DNA from: a virus
Lineage: Duplodnaviria > Caudoviricetes
Strand: one strand, 5' to 3'
IMG/VR virus record: IMGVR_UViG_3300031994_000004
Length of the DNA stretch: 64,000 bases
Numbering within the stretch: the first letter of the stretch is position 1; every line of letters begins with the position of its first letter. Below the pieces are notes generated by a model. The model ran no database searches and was not told where the DNA came from. It saw only the letters and a program-made list of their open reading frames with translations. The position numbers and the translations under genes are program-made. Of this stretch, positions 9,497 to 20,955 are shown one piece after another.

Positions 9497-10207
9497 ATGA
9501 AGATTAACTCAAACTATCAAGATTATTATGATTCTGCGTTAGGGTCATTTTTGGGCTCCGAAGTTGTAATAAACAGAAAAGAAAAAGAAGTAGAAATTGG
9601 TAAAACTGAATTTCCAATTTTGTGCTATAATCGTATTCCAGATTGGCAAGCTGAAAAGCAGACTGTAGAATTTAATGGAAGAAAAACCACTAAAGGTTAT
9701 CCAATTACTTTGATTGGTTTTTGTGGTCAGTGGTTTTTTCATTGGCAAAAAGGTCATTTGACTGATGATTTCCGAGCTGTCACTGAACACCAGTATGTAA
9801 CCTATGACGAACTATTGAAGGACCACCAGGAACATACAATTTGTTATCAGTGGATGAAGTCTTGTAAAATTGAAGAACTAAATGACCCAAATAAAATCAA
9901 AGAATGGAATACTGACATTTTTGAAAAGTACGGTCCTGTGATTGTTATTCCTGAATACGAAGGAATCAACAAGTGGCACATGAATACTCAACACGAAACA
10001 TACAAAGCACAGTTATTCCCTAATTTGAAGAATTACGGATTTCAGCAGATGAAAGACCCATTTACTGCATTGTGGGAACTGGAACATTGGTATGACACAC
10101 ATGCCAGACCAGACGAAGCTATTGTTCCTGTTGGGGATGATTTGACCAGATTGAAAGCATACGGATTTGACGCAAAAACTTCATTTAGAAAATCTAAGGA
10201 GAAATAA
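9497..10207 (+). CDS. Hypothetical phage protein
   Basis: 236 aa, GGAG RBS, after a TTTACA-N17-TATATT promoter-like site. Confidence 0.8.
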   Translation: MKINSNYQDYYDSALGSFLGSEVVINRKEKEVEIGKTEFPILCYNRIPDWQAEKQTVEFNGRKTTKGYPITLIGFCGQWFFHWQKGHLTDDFRAVTEHQYVTYDELLKDHQEHTICYQWMKSCKIEELNDPNKIKEWNTDIFEKYGPVIVIPEYEGINKWHMNTQHETYKAQLFPNLKNYGFQQMKDPFTALWELEHWYDTHARPDEAIVPVGDDLTRLKAYGFDAKTSFRKSKEK

Positions 10208-11569
10208 TGGTAAAAGTAAAAAGATTTCTAACTGTTTCGTTAGTCACATTAACTCTATTTTCATTGGGGATTGGTTTCCTGAGTATTAGAGCATTTACTT
10301 TATTGGGTTGGTTAATGCTAAGTCTTCAGATTGAATTGGGTATTTTTATTTTCGCATTAGCAGTAATCGGAATTATTCTCGGTTATTGTTGGGCAACTGA
10401 CGGAGACGAGGACGAATCATTTATTGACTATTCTAAAGATTTCATTGAATCTATTTTGGACTAATTATGCCGAAGTATTGGGGTGAAGGACCACACGAAA
10501 TGTATCACAGGAAAGAAGATGGACTGTGGTATTTTCCTGGTTCTATAAATGGATATGAAACACTAGAAGAAGCCAAAGAAGGTTATCGCAGACGAGAAGG
10601 AATGCTTAGTTGTAATTCATCTGATGTGGATAGTTGTCTAGCAGTTATTGCTATGATAGTTTCATTAGTTTTAGGTTTCATAATCATTGTCTATTAAGGA
10701 GAAAATATGATTTATTTAATCATTGCAAGTATTGTTGTTTTTATGGTTTGCTTGGGCCTCATTCTACAAAAGCAAGCAAATGACGAACAGAAAGTTAGAG
10801 ATAGGCCCTGGAGAGTTGTAAAGAATGCTCTTGGTCAGTATCTCTTACAGCATTATTGTAAAAAAGAATTTGTTTATATCTCAGATAGAGATATGACACG
10901 ATATGAATGGAAGTGGGAAACTATAAAAACATACGAAGATAAAGATGAAGCTATTGCTATGTTGAATTACAAACTGGCAGAATTTGAAAATGAAGAAAAA
11001 GAAAAGAAACAAAAAGAAAATGATAAATTAGCAGCAAAGAAAGAAAAAGAACTAGCAGAAACTATCGTTGAGATTATTAAATGAACATTAAAGAAACTAT
11101 ACAAAGGAAATTCCACATGGGACTGTTTAGATACTTAGGTAAGTTTGAAGAGTTATTCAAACAGGAAATTAACTGTGATAACATTTATACAAACTGTCTT
11201 TATTCAAAAGAACTTTTCCCAGATAAATGGAAAGGTATTTTGGAAAGTATGGGTGTTAAAGAAGATACACCTATATTTTCTGTCGGCCATGTAATAAATG
11301 GAAAACGATATGACGTTGTTACATTGTGTCCTCCAAAAGGTTCTGATTCTTATGTAGATTATTTCTTTAAGAAAGGTTCTATTTGGACTAGAAATATATG
11401 TAGAGCAGATTACAAAAATGATAAAGAATTTTGTAAAGAATTAGATGTCGCTTATCAAGAATTACAGAACTTGTTCTCATTTCTAAAACTATTTGAAAAG
11501 CAGATGGATGAAATGAACAGACTGATTAAAATTCAAAGTGACGAAAATAAGGAGATTAAACCATCGTGA
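10207..11569 (+). CDS. Four coupled hypothetical ORFs (10207-10464, 10467-10697, 10707-11084, 11081-11569), first three with TM segments
   Basis: Abutting ORFs with RBS or stop/start overlaps. Confidence 0.65.
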
Positions 11570-11732
11570 CTTATTCTCATACAGTTAAATTTATGTGTTC
11601 CAATCAAACTTACGAATTTACATTAGAAGACGAAAATAACGAAACTGAATATAAGAAAATTATGGCTCGGGTAAAATCCAAAGTATTTGACCAGGCTAAC
11701 ATTGAAGTTCTTTCTGTTGTAACTAATAAAAT

Positions 11733-11797
11733 GTAAAAATTATTTTACACGATTTTGGCTAAAAATCATTGACAACCATCGTGTATTTTGCTATATT
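11733..11797 (+). promoter_or_regulatory. Sigma70-type promoter with GTAAA-N6-TTTAC box
   Basis: GTAAA aattat TTTAC 11733-11748; TTGACA 11769-74, N17, TATATT 11792-97. Confidence 0.85.
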
Positions 11798-11831
11798 TAC
11801 TTATGTAGAAAAGAAAACAAGAGGTTTAAAA

Positions 11832-12128
11832 ATGGATTTAACCACACTTAATGACAAAATTGACAACATCGTTAATCGTTACCCGGCTATCCACGTGAAT
11901 GTGGGAACGAATAACGGTCGCCACGAAGTGGTTTTGAGTTTCCATAATACGAATAATCATTTTGCTTTGATTGGTACAGTTACGCTTGACTTTTTCGCCG
12001 TGGTAAATCCGCTTACCTGTTGCGATAATGTGGATATGAGTTTTCTGTGCCGCTCCACATACATTGTAGAAAGTATTGAAGGCGAATGGCGAACTGCTAT
12101 GGAAGAAATTGTGAAGGAATTTGAATAA
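11832..12128 (+). CDS. Hypothetical protein (early)
   Basis: AGAGGT RBS, ATG 11832. Confidence 0.7.
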   Translation: MDLTTLNDKIDNIVNRYPAIHVNVGTNNGRHEVVLSFHNTNNHFALIGTVTLDFFAVVNPLTCCDNVDMSFLCRSTYIVESIEGEWRTAMEEIVKEFE

Positions 12129-12454
12129 TGGCAGACGAAAATAAAGAAAAGCCGGTTCTCGGCGAAATGATTGCGAATTTTCCTGTGGAAGAATTGAAGA
12201 AAGCAATGCTTCATATTGACCGATTTGATGAAGATGTTGTAACTGAAGAAAAGACCAAATCGGCTGAAGTTGAAGAAAAGCTGGAAGAAGTCTCACAGGA
12301 AATTATAGAGGATAATTTGTAATGAATAATGAACAGAAGAGTGGCTTCGGATGTTTGCTATTGTTCATATTTCTCATAATGTGTTGTAATGGCACAATTA
12401 GTCCTGGTCTATTTTTCGTTCTCGTATTTGTGTACTTATTCTTTGGGTAAACTA

Positions 12455-12892
12455 ATGAACTATAAGAAACTTTATAATAAATTCTGTAACTACTATAAGA
12501 AACTTGGGCGAAGTTACAATGACCCTCGTTTCACTGTCCACCATATCCTGTGTAGGTCTATGGGGGGTTTAGATACAGATGAAAATAAAGTTGCTATGAC
12601 TCCGAAGGAACATTATATTGCCCACAGAATTTTAGCACACGTTTACAAGAAACGAAATCCCGAAATTTGTTATCTTTTGAACAAGTTTGCAAATGGAATG
12701 AAAGGAACGGATTCACCGAAGTACTCAAATTTCAATTTCTACTTGAACCAAATTTTAACATTTAAGAAAAACGGAAAGCCAAAGAATTATGATTCTTACT
12801 GCGATGCACTTCGTGAAGAAATCATACATTTAATGGAACTGCCGATTGACAAACAAAAAATTACTAACAAACTGATGAATGCTTTCATCTAA
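12455..12892 (+). CDS. HNH homing-endonuclease-like protein
   Basis: MNYKKLY...HHILCRSMGGLD..ENKVAMTPKEHYIAHRIL is typical of the phage HNH N-terminal domain. Confidence 0.75.
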   Translation: MNYKKLYNKFCNYYKKLGRSYNDPRFTVHHILCRSMGGLDTDENKVAMTPKEHYIAHRILAHVYKKRNPEICYLLNKFANGMKGTDSPKYSNFNFYLNQILTFKKNGKPKNYDSYCDALREEIIHLMELPIDKQKITNKLMNAFI

Positions 12893-12926
12893 CAATAACC
12901 CCTAACAAAAAGGAAAAAACAAAACT

Positions 12927-14207
12927 ATGAATACAAAAGCAAAGGTATCACTTATTCTTCTCGCCATCGCGGTTGTCATTTGTGCGTTCTGTGCAAAGAA
13001 GCTCGTTGGCTACAAGCAGTCTACGGAATTGCTCGTTAAGCAGTCACCGTTCGGAACACTATCCTGCGTAGAAGGTCAGGGTCTTTATTTCCGAGGTTTC
13101 GCATCCATCTATCACTATGATTTGGCGAAGTCCTTCTATTTCAACTCCAGCAACGAAAAGGTTAATGGCGAAGGTTGGGAAGGTGACGAAGATGACGAAG
13201 ATGACATTTCCGTTACGCTTTCACGAAATGCTAACGCAAACATCTCCGGCTATCTTTTGTATGAATTGCCGACTGATTGCGATAAGTTGATTGAACTCCA
13301 TAATAACCAGAAGAATGATAAGGGAGTGAAGCATAATCTTGTGCGAAATGCTGTTCTCTCTGCGGTACGAAAGACTGCTCCATTGTTTACGGCTGAAGAA
13401 GCTAAGGTTACGAAGATTGCTGAGTTCCGCCGTCTCGCTGAAGACCAGTTGGTGGATGGCGAATACCTGACAACTACCGAAGTTCTCAAGGAGAAGGCCG
13501 GTGAAGATGAAGTAGATTCAACTGGCAAGGTCATTAAGAAGGCCGAAGTTCAGGAATACCGAGTTACCAAGCTCAAACTGGATGCCAATGGTCATCGTAT
13601 TCTCACGAAGAAGTCCGCACTCTCTCAGTATGGCATTGTAGTTAAGCAGCTTGAAATTCAGAGTGTAAAGCTGGATAGTATGGCACAGCGTCAGTTGGAC
13701 ATTGTGAAGGAACGTGAAATGCAGCGTGTGTCTAATGCTACCGCTGCTGAAACGGCAAAACAGAAGGCCATTACCGCAGAAGCAGAAGGTAAGGCAAAGA
13801 TTGCTGAAGCAAAGGCAGCTCAGGAAGTCCAAAAGATGACCGAAGTTACCCAGGCTGAAAAGGAACGTGATGTCGCAATTCTTAATGCGGAACGTGAAAA
13901 GGAAGTCGCTCGTCTAAATGCTCTCAAGGCCATTGAAGATGCAAAGAGAATTAGAGCCGAGGGTGAAGCTGAGGCTGCTGCTAACCGAGCAAAGGTTATC
14001 GCTGGTTTGACACCACAGGAAAAGGCGGAATGGGACTACAAGACGAAGGTTGGTATTGCCGAAGCTCTTGCTAAGTCCGAACACCCGATTGTTCCTACCA
14101 TTATGATGGGTGGTGCCGGTGACGGAAAGAATGGTGCTACCGCACTTGATGCTGTTGGTATGAAATACTTGATGGACATTGCTGATAGAATTTCTAGCAA
14201 CAAGTAA
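12927..14207 (+). CDS. SPFH/Band-7 family membrane protein with coiled coil
   Basis: N-terminal TM, SPFH-like core, Ala/Glu/Lys-rich flotillin-like coil, VPTIMMGG tail. Confidence 0.8.
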   Translation: MNTKAKVSLILLAIAVVICAFCAKKLVGYKQSTELLVKQSPFGTLSCVEGQGLYFRGFASIYHYDLAKSFYFNSSNEKVNGEGWEGDEDDEDDISVTLSRNANANISGYLLYELPTDCDKLIELHNNQKNDKGVKHNLVRNAVLSAVRKTAPLFTAEEAKVTKIAEFRRLAEDQLVDGEYLTTTEVLKEKAGEDEVDSTGKVIKKAEVQEYRVTKLKLDANGHRILTKKSALSQYGIVVKQLEIQSVKLDSMAQRQLDIVKEREMQRVSNATAAETAKQKAITAEAEGKAKIAEAKAAQEVQKMTEVTQAEKERDVAILNAEREKEVARLNALKAIEDAKRIRAEGEAEAAANRAKVIAGLTPQEKAEWDYKTKVGIAEALAKSEHPIVPTIMMGGAGDGKNGATALDAVGMKYLMDIADRISSNK

Positions 14208-14219
14208 TAAAAACCATTT

Positions 14220-14259
14220 GAGCCCGAACAATGTTGCGAAATGTTGTTTGGGCTTTTTT
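14220..14259 (+). terminator. Intrinsic terminator
   Basis: gagcccgaacaa...ttgtttgggctt stem followed by a T run. Confidence 0.75.
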
Positions 14260-14277
14260 CTTTAAAACGAAGGAATT

Positions 14278-15348
14278 ATGGATATGAGACTGAGTTTATT
14301 CTTAATTATTGTCGCATTTGTTTTGTTTGCTTTTGCAGATCCATTTGGCTATCAAGTTAATTCACCAATTAAGTCAGTTCCAAAAGAACCATCTGTATTT
14401 AAAGAAAAACCACTTGTGATTACTGATGAGTCAGTTCTCGCACCAAAACCAGAACCAATTCAACACGAAGAACCGGTTAAAGAAATAACCAATGATTTTG
14501 ATGAATGTGTGGCAGATTGTAAGGCAAACAATGTTTCAAATTCTATAATTGAATTTTGTATTAGAGAAAACTGTGGGAAGATAAACAATGATTAAAAGAA
14601 GTGAATTTATTATTGGTTTGGTTATAATGTTCTTCTTGTTTCTGTTTGTCAATGGACTTATTGTCAGCGACATTAACGAAACTATGCGAACATTGAAGCG
14701 TCCAGTAGTTCTACACGATACAACTTCTGTTATGCGATATATTGACAGATACATTCACGATACTACTGTTATCACGCAGACCAAAACTGAATACATTGAA
14801 AAGGTTTCTTTGATTGGTAAAATGCAAGATTATGCTGAAGAACAAGGAACGGTTATCAGAATTGAAACTGATGAAAATTTGTTAGAATTTGATGCTAAGT
14901 TTGTCAAGATTCAATGTAATGGCAAGTTGATACCTGATGAAGATGGTGATTTGAATGAATGTGCCGGTGATTGGGTAATCACTGCAAAGGAGGAACTTGA
15001 ATGAAGAAGATAATGATTTTAATTAGTTTGTTTGCTGTTATGAGTTTTTCTTGCGATACTTATTGTAAGGAAAAACTTGAACGAATCGCAACATCACTTG
15101 AACGAATTGCGAACATAATGCAGAAGGAATACAATATGAAACTGGAAAATAAAACTACAGTTCGTGAAAGTTATCCAGCACCAGTTAAGAATTATGACAT
15201 ACAAGTTAACGGTCGCTCATTAAAAGCAGTTCCTACTTCTTCTATTTTTACTGAAGACGAATTTTTGACTTGTAAGAGCGAATGTAAGGAACGATTTAAA
15301 CTCTATACAGAAATTGAAGATTGTATTAAAAGATACTGTGGAGAATAA
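14278..15348 (+). CDS. Three predicted exported proteins (14278-14595, 14588-15004, 15001-15348)
   Basis: N-terminal hydrophobic signal/TM segments; the first and third share a C-terminal CxxxC...C...CG motif. Confidence 0.65.
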
Positions 15349-15680
15349 TGACTTACAAAGAATACAGAGAAACTTGTTTAAAAGCTGGGCTTCAGTTTGA
15401 GATAAAAGATTATTGTACTGATTCACCAGCTTTTGGTTATAGTGCTTGTTATCTTTATGATAATACATTGTATGTAATAGCAAGATTTTTTAAATGTGAT
15501 GGGAAATTGTATCACAATAATGTAAATGATAGCAGTCCTGGTATGGCAGTTATGCCATTTATTAGTAAGAACTGCGTTTTAGGTGGTGAACCTTTAATTA
15601 AGTTCATTGAGCAAAGTAAATGCGAAATCAAAAAAGATAAGATCAAAAAGAAACTTAAAGAAATGCAAACAGATTTTTAG
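15348..15680 (+). CDS. Hypothetical protein with C-terminal DF tag
   Basis: Ends KLKEMQTDF. Confidence 0.7.
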   Translation: MTYKEYRETCLKAGLQFEIKDYCTDSPAFGYSACYLYDNTLYVIARFFKCDGKLYHNNVNDSSPGMAVMPFISKNCVLGGEPLIKFIEQSKCEIKKDKIKKKLKEMQTDF

Positions 15681-15682
15681 TA

Positions 15683-15711
15683 TTGACAGTGGCGGGATAA
15701 TTAACTATATT
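15683..15711 (+). promoter_or_regulatory. Sigma70-type promoter
   Basis: TTGACA 15683-88, N17, TATATT 15706-11. Confidence 0.75.
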
Positions 15712-15730
15712 ATAGTAAAGGAAAAGAATT

Positions 15731-16468
15731 ATGAAAACTATTAGACGTGGCGTATTTGAAACTAACTCTAGCACAACACACTGTGCTACTTACACAAAAA
15801 CATACAAGCATATCGCAGATATCCCGTTGCGAGATAAAAAGGAATTTCCTACACTCAATGCTGACGGAACATTGGATGTTGAACTGTTCGTTTATTGGGA
15901 TATGGAAGTTCGTGAAAGGGATGACATTGACCTTTCAAGTGTAAAAACAATTATTGAGTATCTTGCGGCTCACGCAGTTTTCTCTTGTCACGAAACGCTG
16001 TGGAGTAGAAAGAATAACGAAGTAATTTATCACTATAAAGATAATCACGCAAATCTGGTTCGTGATGTACAGAAAGCTTATCAAACAGTTGGATTGAAAG
16101 CTCCGACTGATGTTCGCCCATATTTCCTGGATGTAGGTGATAATAAGATTTACATTACTGAAGACAACATAAACAAGTGGTTCTTCCCATTTGAAGAATA
16201 CCCTTGGTTTGACAAGAAATCAGAATGGGATAAGTATATTAAGAAGACCCTTAAGAACAATCCTGATTCAGCTAATTGGCCTTATGCTAAGCACTTCATT
16301 GGAATGTGCGGTAATGATTTGTGCAGTTCTAGTTATGAATCCGCAACACAGTATTATGACGATATGGCTCACGGTTGGGATGGCAGTGACGATGAAAGCG
16401 AAGAAGATAACATAACAACCAATGATATGCTGACTAGACAGATGTCATTGAGCTTCTATCATACTTAA
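15731..16468 (+). CDS. Phage protein with RRGVFETNSS.H N-terminus
   Basis: N-terminal motif I recall occurring next to radical SAM genes in phages; no search run. Confidence 0.7.
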   Translation: MKTIRRGVFETNSSTTHCATYTKTYKHIADIPLRDKKEFPTLNADGTLDVELFVYWDMEVRERDDIDLSSVKTIIEYLAAHAVFSCHETLWSRKNNEVIYHYKDNHANLVRDVQKAYQTVGLKAPTDVRPYFLDVGDNKIYITEDNINKWFFPFEEYPWFDKKSEWDKYIKKTLKNNPDSANWPYAKHFIGMCGNDLCSSSYESATQYYDDMAHGWDGSDDESEEDNITTNDMLTRQMSLSFYHT

Positions 16469-16477
16469 GGAGAAATT

Positions 16478-16948
16478 ATGAATAAGTTAATTATTAACGA
16501 TATGCCAGAACTGTATGCCAAATTGAAGCCATACATTGAGTATCTTGAAGGTCTTGGATTTTATCCTACCAGAACAGATTTTACATATTTCCATCCTGGT
16601 GATGACGATAACTATGAATACTTCAACGGTTGGAATTACAAGCGTCAAGATACAACTGCGTCAGGTGGTTATCGTGAAGACTGGGTTGTAGATTTGGCAA
16701 GTTACACAAAAGAACCAAAGATTGAAGTTTATACACACAAAATCGTAAAAGCACCGAAGTATTATTTCGGTGGTGATAAGAATGTTTATCCATACATCAT
16801 TCAGAACCCAAATGACCAAGGCCATTATGAATCAAAAATTGTGGATAACATAAAAGATTTCAAAAAAGAAATTGGTAAGTATTTGAAGTTGATTAAAACA
16901 TTTCAAGAAAGGGCAAAGAAGCATGATTTGGAAAAAGACTTCACCTAG
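16478..16948 (+). CDS. Hypothetical protein with C-terminal DF tag
   Basis: AGGAG RBS; ends DLEKDFT. Confidence 0.75.
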   Translation: MNKLIINDMPELYAKLKPYIEYLEGLGFYPTRTDFTYFHPGDDDNYEYFNGWNYKRQDTTASGGYREDWVVDLASYTKEPKIEVYTHKIVKAPKYYFGGDKNVYPYIIQNPNDQGHYESKIVDNIKDFKKEIGKYLKLIKTFQERAKKHDLEKDFT

Positions 16949-17885
16949 CATTATTGCGAAATATGACAATGGTAATCACCGGGTTACTTTGTTCTCAGAT
17001 GGAACAAAGCTAAAGGAAACTATTAACCCTGACGATGACCATTTCACATACGAATTCCCAGAATCGTTTGATTTGAAAATCACAGATTACTGCGATGCTG
17101 GTTGTGCTTATTGCCACGAAAACTCCACGAAGAAAGGCAAACACGCAGATCTTTATGCTATTAGAGATATGTTGGATAGTTGTAAGCCCGGTACTGAAAT
17201 TGCTATCGGTGGTGGTAATGCTATGGAACATCCATCTTTGTGGGTTTTGGTCGGTAAAATGAAAAGTAACGGACTGATTCCTTCTATCACAGTCAACCAA
17301 AAACATTTACAGAAATACTTTCAGTTAATAAAAACCTTGGACTTCGCAGGAATTGGTGTTTCCTTGACAGATCCTTCAAACAAGAAGGATATGCGTTTGA
17401 TTGACGAACTTGGCAGTAACGTCGTAATACACACGATTGCTGGCGTTTTAACTCCCAAGGACTATTCTGTATTGAGAGATAGAAAAGTTCTAATTCTCGG
17501 TTACAAGGATATCAGACGCGGTCACGATAATTTGACTAAACATACTGCCGAAATTCAAGCAAACATTGAACAACTGAAGAAAGATTTGCCTATGATTGCG
17601 AAAAATGCCCGCGCAGTTTCTTTTGACTGCTTGGCACTAAAGCAGTTGAATCCAAAGGAATGTTTGGGAATGACTGACGAAGAATTCGCAAACATTTATC
17701 AGGGCGATGACTACGAAATGTTTGACAAAGACGGAAATTTGACAGTTGGCACAATGTTTATTGACGCTGTTAAAATGGAAATTGCTAGAAGTAGTATTGC
17801 ACCAATGGATAAAAGATACAAATTCACTGGTAGTGAAAAGATAAGTGAATTGTTAGCAAAGAGCTGTGAAGGTTATGAAAAATGA
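16923..17885 (+). CDS. Radical SAM domain protein
   Basis: CDAGCAYC (CxxxCxxC), EIAIGGGN, ITVN. Confidence 0.88.
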   Translation: MIWKKTSPSIIAKYDNGNHRVTLFSDGTKLKETINPDDDHFTYEFPESFDLKITDYCDAGCAYCHENSTKKGKHADLYAIRDMLDSCKPGTEIAIGGGNAMEHPSLWVLVGKMKSNGLIPSITVNQKHLQKYFQLIKTLDFAGIGVSLTDPSNKKDMRLIDELGSNVVIHTIAGVLTPKDYSVLRDRKVLILGYKDIRRGHDNLTKHTAEIQANIEQLKKDLPMIAKNARAVSFDCLALKQLNPKECLGMTDEEFANIYQGDDYEMFDKDGNLTVGTMFIDAVKMEIARSSIAPMDKRYKFTGSEKISELLAKSCEGYEK

Positions 17886-20037
17886 TACTATTACAATAAG
17901 GTGTAGTGTTAGAAAAAACCTATTTAAAAGACTTGGTGACTTAGCTGGTTTGACTTATCTTGAAAAGTACAAATTCTACAAATTCTTTGAAATGATAACG
18001 AACGATAAAGTTGACAAGTATAGACAACATAAAAATTTAACTTATTATGAAGCGTGTTGTGAATACTGGTTGTATATAATGTTCGGCTGGACAGAATATG
18101 ACGAAGAAAAATATGCCGAGTTATTGGAAATGCCAATACTGGATTTATATGATAAACTAAGTTTAGCTTATAAGAAATATCTGGAAAAAGAAAAATTAGA
18201 AAGTATTAAAGAGGATTTTTAATGATTGAAAATCACTTTGATTATAACATAACTAGAGAGAAAATCACAAAAGCATTTGATGTCAAACCAGGTCATCCTG
18301 CTTATGCTCCAATTTGTGCTTTTTTAGATTATAACGATAAAGAAATTAGAGAACAGTATGCTATGAAACGAAATTTGGAAATGGGGTACTGGAATTTTAT
18401 CTCTAAGTATGTTTATAATAAACTATTAAAGTTTGAATACGATACTACTGATTTTGCTAAATTCAAAGCTATGAGTGAAGAAGAACTTGAGGCCTTTCGT
18501 GATATGCGATTAAAAGAATTTATGGCAGAACGAAGACTTAACAAAATTAAAGAGGATTTCTAATGGCTGAGAAAAAAGAGTATTTACCTGAACTAATGAA
18601 GTTAATAAAGAAGTATGGTTTGACTTTTGAAGACGAACCTGGTTCAGATTACATACGAATTAACCTTCCTAATTTAATTGTTCCAGATGATAGTTTTGCG
18701 GACTTGGATAGAGATGATGATGAGTTAATTTATTATAAAGAACTCTCATTGTCTTATGACGCAGAAACTAATACCAGTCATATAGAATTTGTTGGTGATG
18801 GTTATAATAGTACTGGTTGTGTGAGTGGATTGAAGAAGTTTGAAACTGTTGTTAAGAAACTAATTAAAGTTGCAGATGTGTATAATTCAATGAACAAGCA
18901 GTTGAAAAGTAAGGTTAAAGAAATTGGAATTGCGGAGGACTTCTAATGGTTTACATTTGGGCATCTAATAGACATAAAACTGTCATCAAACAACTTAATG
19001 GTTCTACATTTAGATTGGATGAACTTGTTCAAATACAAATTGATGCATTTACTCAAAATTTATCCTTCACTTTTGTCACAGACGAGAATGACAAATATAC
19101 ATTTGATTTGGATGTAAAAGTAGACCACGATGAAAGATGCTCTTTGCGTTATTTTGGAATAACAAGTCCACAAAAACATTTCGCTACTGGAATTAACGGT
19201 ATGAAAGGTAAAAATACAATGGAAGACTTGAACGAATTTATAAATTCCGAATTAAATCCAATAAGAGATGTATTTGATAAGAAATTTAAAGAAGAATGTA
19301 AGTTAAATTGTATAAAAAAGGATTTTGAATAATGGGAATACCTATGCATCGGGTGAAAAATAAACCAGCATTTACTTGTTATCCATATACAGAATTGAAC
19401 TGGGTTTATGATTTTTCGCTCAACAGTATTGAACGAAAAATGTATTTACATTTTATGGATAGATTAAAACCAATTTGTGAAGAACATGTCGGCGAATGGA
19501 CTGATATGTTTAATTGTTGGGACCCGTTCGGATCTGATTTAGAGATTGTTGTTTGGCGAGTACTTATTCTATTGGGATATAAGCATTGGAACCAGTATTA
19601 TTATGCTAAAATGGATGATGATACTTTGTTCGCAATTTTAAACAAACGAATCAAAGAATTTAAATGCCAGAAGAAAGTAGAAAAGATGGAGGCAGATTTT
19701 GCATGAACCTTGGATAAGTTCAAAGGAATTAAGAGATGTTGTGGATAAATTTTATAATACCGTCATATTAGACAGCGAAAGAAATAAAAAATTAGCCAAA
19801 TGTATAGATGAAACTGAAATTAAAGAAATGCAGAACCGATATAAAGCATTATGGTGGAATGAAGCTGTAACACTTGTTATTATGGAGAAGATTTTAGGTG
19901 TAACTCATTTTTCCGAACCAGTATTTAGTCAATTCATAAACTTGACTAATAACAAACTAATTGAGATAATTGACTACGGGATAAAAGAGTATCAAGTTAG
20001 GAACAAATTAAATAAACTTGAATCAGATTTCATCTAA
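17866..20037 (+). CDS. Tandem array of six DF-tag proteins (17866-18222, 18222-18563, 18563-18946, 18946-19332, 19332-19706, 19699-20037)
   Basis: Stop/start-coupled ORFs of 112-128 aa, each ending in ...I/L/M-x-x-DF. Confidence 0.8.
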
Positions 20038-20059
20038 ACAAAATTATTATCCAAAACTA

Positions 20060-20087
20060 TTGACAATAAAAATTTAAAATCTATATT
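20060..20087 (+). promoter_or_regulatory. Sigma70-type promoter
   Basis: TTGACA 20060-65, N16, TATATT 20082-87. Confidence 0.7.
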
Positions 20088-20115
20088 TAATTAAAAACTA
20101 AAAGAGGTATTATCT

Positions 20116-20640
20116 ATGAAAATTGAATTGAATTTGACTTCTGCCTTCACTCTCCGTAAGAGAATTAAGGAATTGGGTAGAGTAAACGAACAAGTCCTTG
20201 CATTTAGCAAGTATGTTGTTGAACCAGAACAAGTTGACGAAGAACTTGAGAAGTTTGAAAATAAGAATGTTTATGACACATTTATGTTGTGTTCAAAGTG
20301 TGGTGATGAAGCATACAGACTTCAAAATTTAATTGACGAACACAATAACAAGGGTAAGGTTGTATTGAATCAACTCAATGCGATTAACAAGAAGATTGAA
20401 ATTGCGACCCGTTGTGCCAATGCTCTCAAAGTGAATCGTACACAGAAATCTCGTAACCCTGTAACCGGTAATTGGGAAGTAACTAAGTTACAGAAGATTA
20501 CTGATACCGATTTTGAAACAATTTTGGATGCTTTGACAAAGGAAAAGATTCGTGCTGAAGACGAATTGTCAAAGATTAACTCCAAAGAAACATTCACATT
20601 TGAATTGGATGACGAAATCTATAAGAAGATTTACGGCTAA
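20116..20640 (+). CDS. Coiled-coil protein
   Basis: AGAGGT RBS; helical heptad pattern; loosely DIP1984-like layout. Confidence 0.75.
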   Translation: MKIELNLTSAFTLRKRIKELGRVNEQVLAFSKYVVEPEQVDEELEKFENKNVYDTFMLCSKCGDEAYRLQNLIDEHNNKGKVVLNQLNAINKKIEIATRCANALKVNRTQKSRNPVTGNWEVTKLQKITDTDFETILDALTKEKIRAEDELSKINSKETFTFELDDEIYKKIYG

Positions 20641-20645
20641 TTTTT

Positions 20646-20943
20646 AGACCGAGTTACTGAAACGATTTGTTATTGGCTTTTATCTGGGAATTTGCCTTTC
20701 GCAAAAAGTCGTACGATGAAATCGGATAGTGATTTACACATTTCAAACGCTGAGTAACCATCTGTTTGATATGCTGAAGTCTCGGAGACGATGATAACCA
20801 ACTTAAAGCTACAAAATTTTAAGATTGTAAAACTGACAATTCTTAATTTTAGTTTGTTTCAATTATTTCAGTGACACTTATTAAAAAAGAACGAAACAAA
20901 AAGTTCTCTGGTAATTCCAAAACAGTTCTTTTGAAAAAGGTCT
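20646..20943 (+). ncRNA. Candidate structured non-coding RNA (~300 nt)
   Basis: No ORF >=60 aa; closing helices agacc/ggtct and gttactgaaa (20653-62)/tttcagtgac (20866-75); several internal hairpins. Confidence 0.5.
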
Positions 20944-20955
20944 TTTTATTTTATT

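Noticed and set aside
20641-20955. tRNA, tmRNA or hammerhead ribozyme in the long intergenic gap
   Set aside because: No cloverleaf, T-loop or complete CUGANGA/GAAA core was recognised; kept only as an unclassified structured RNA candidate.
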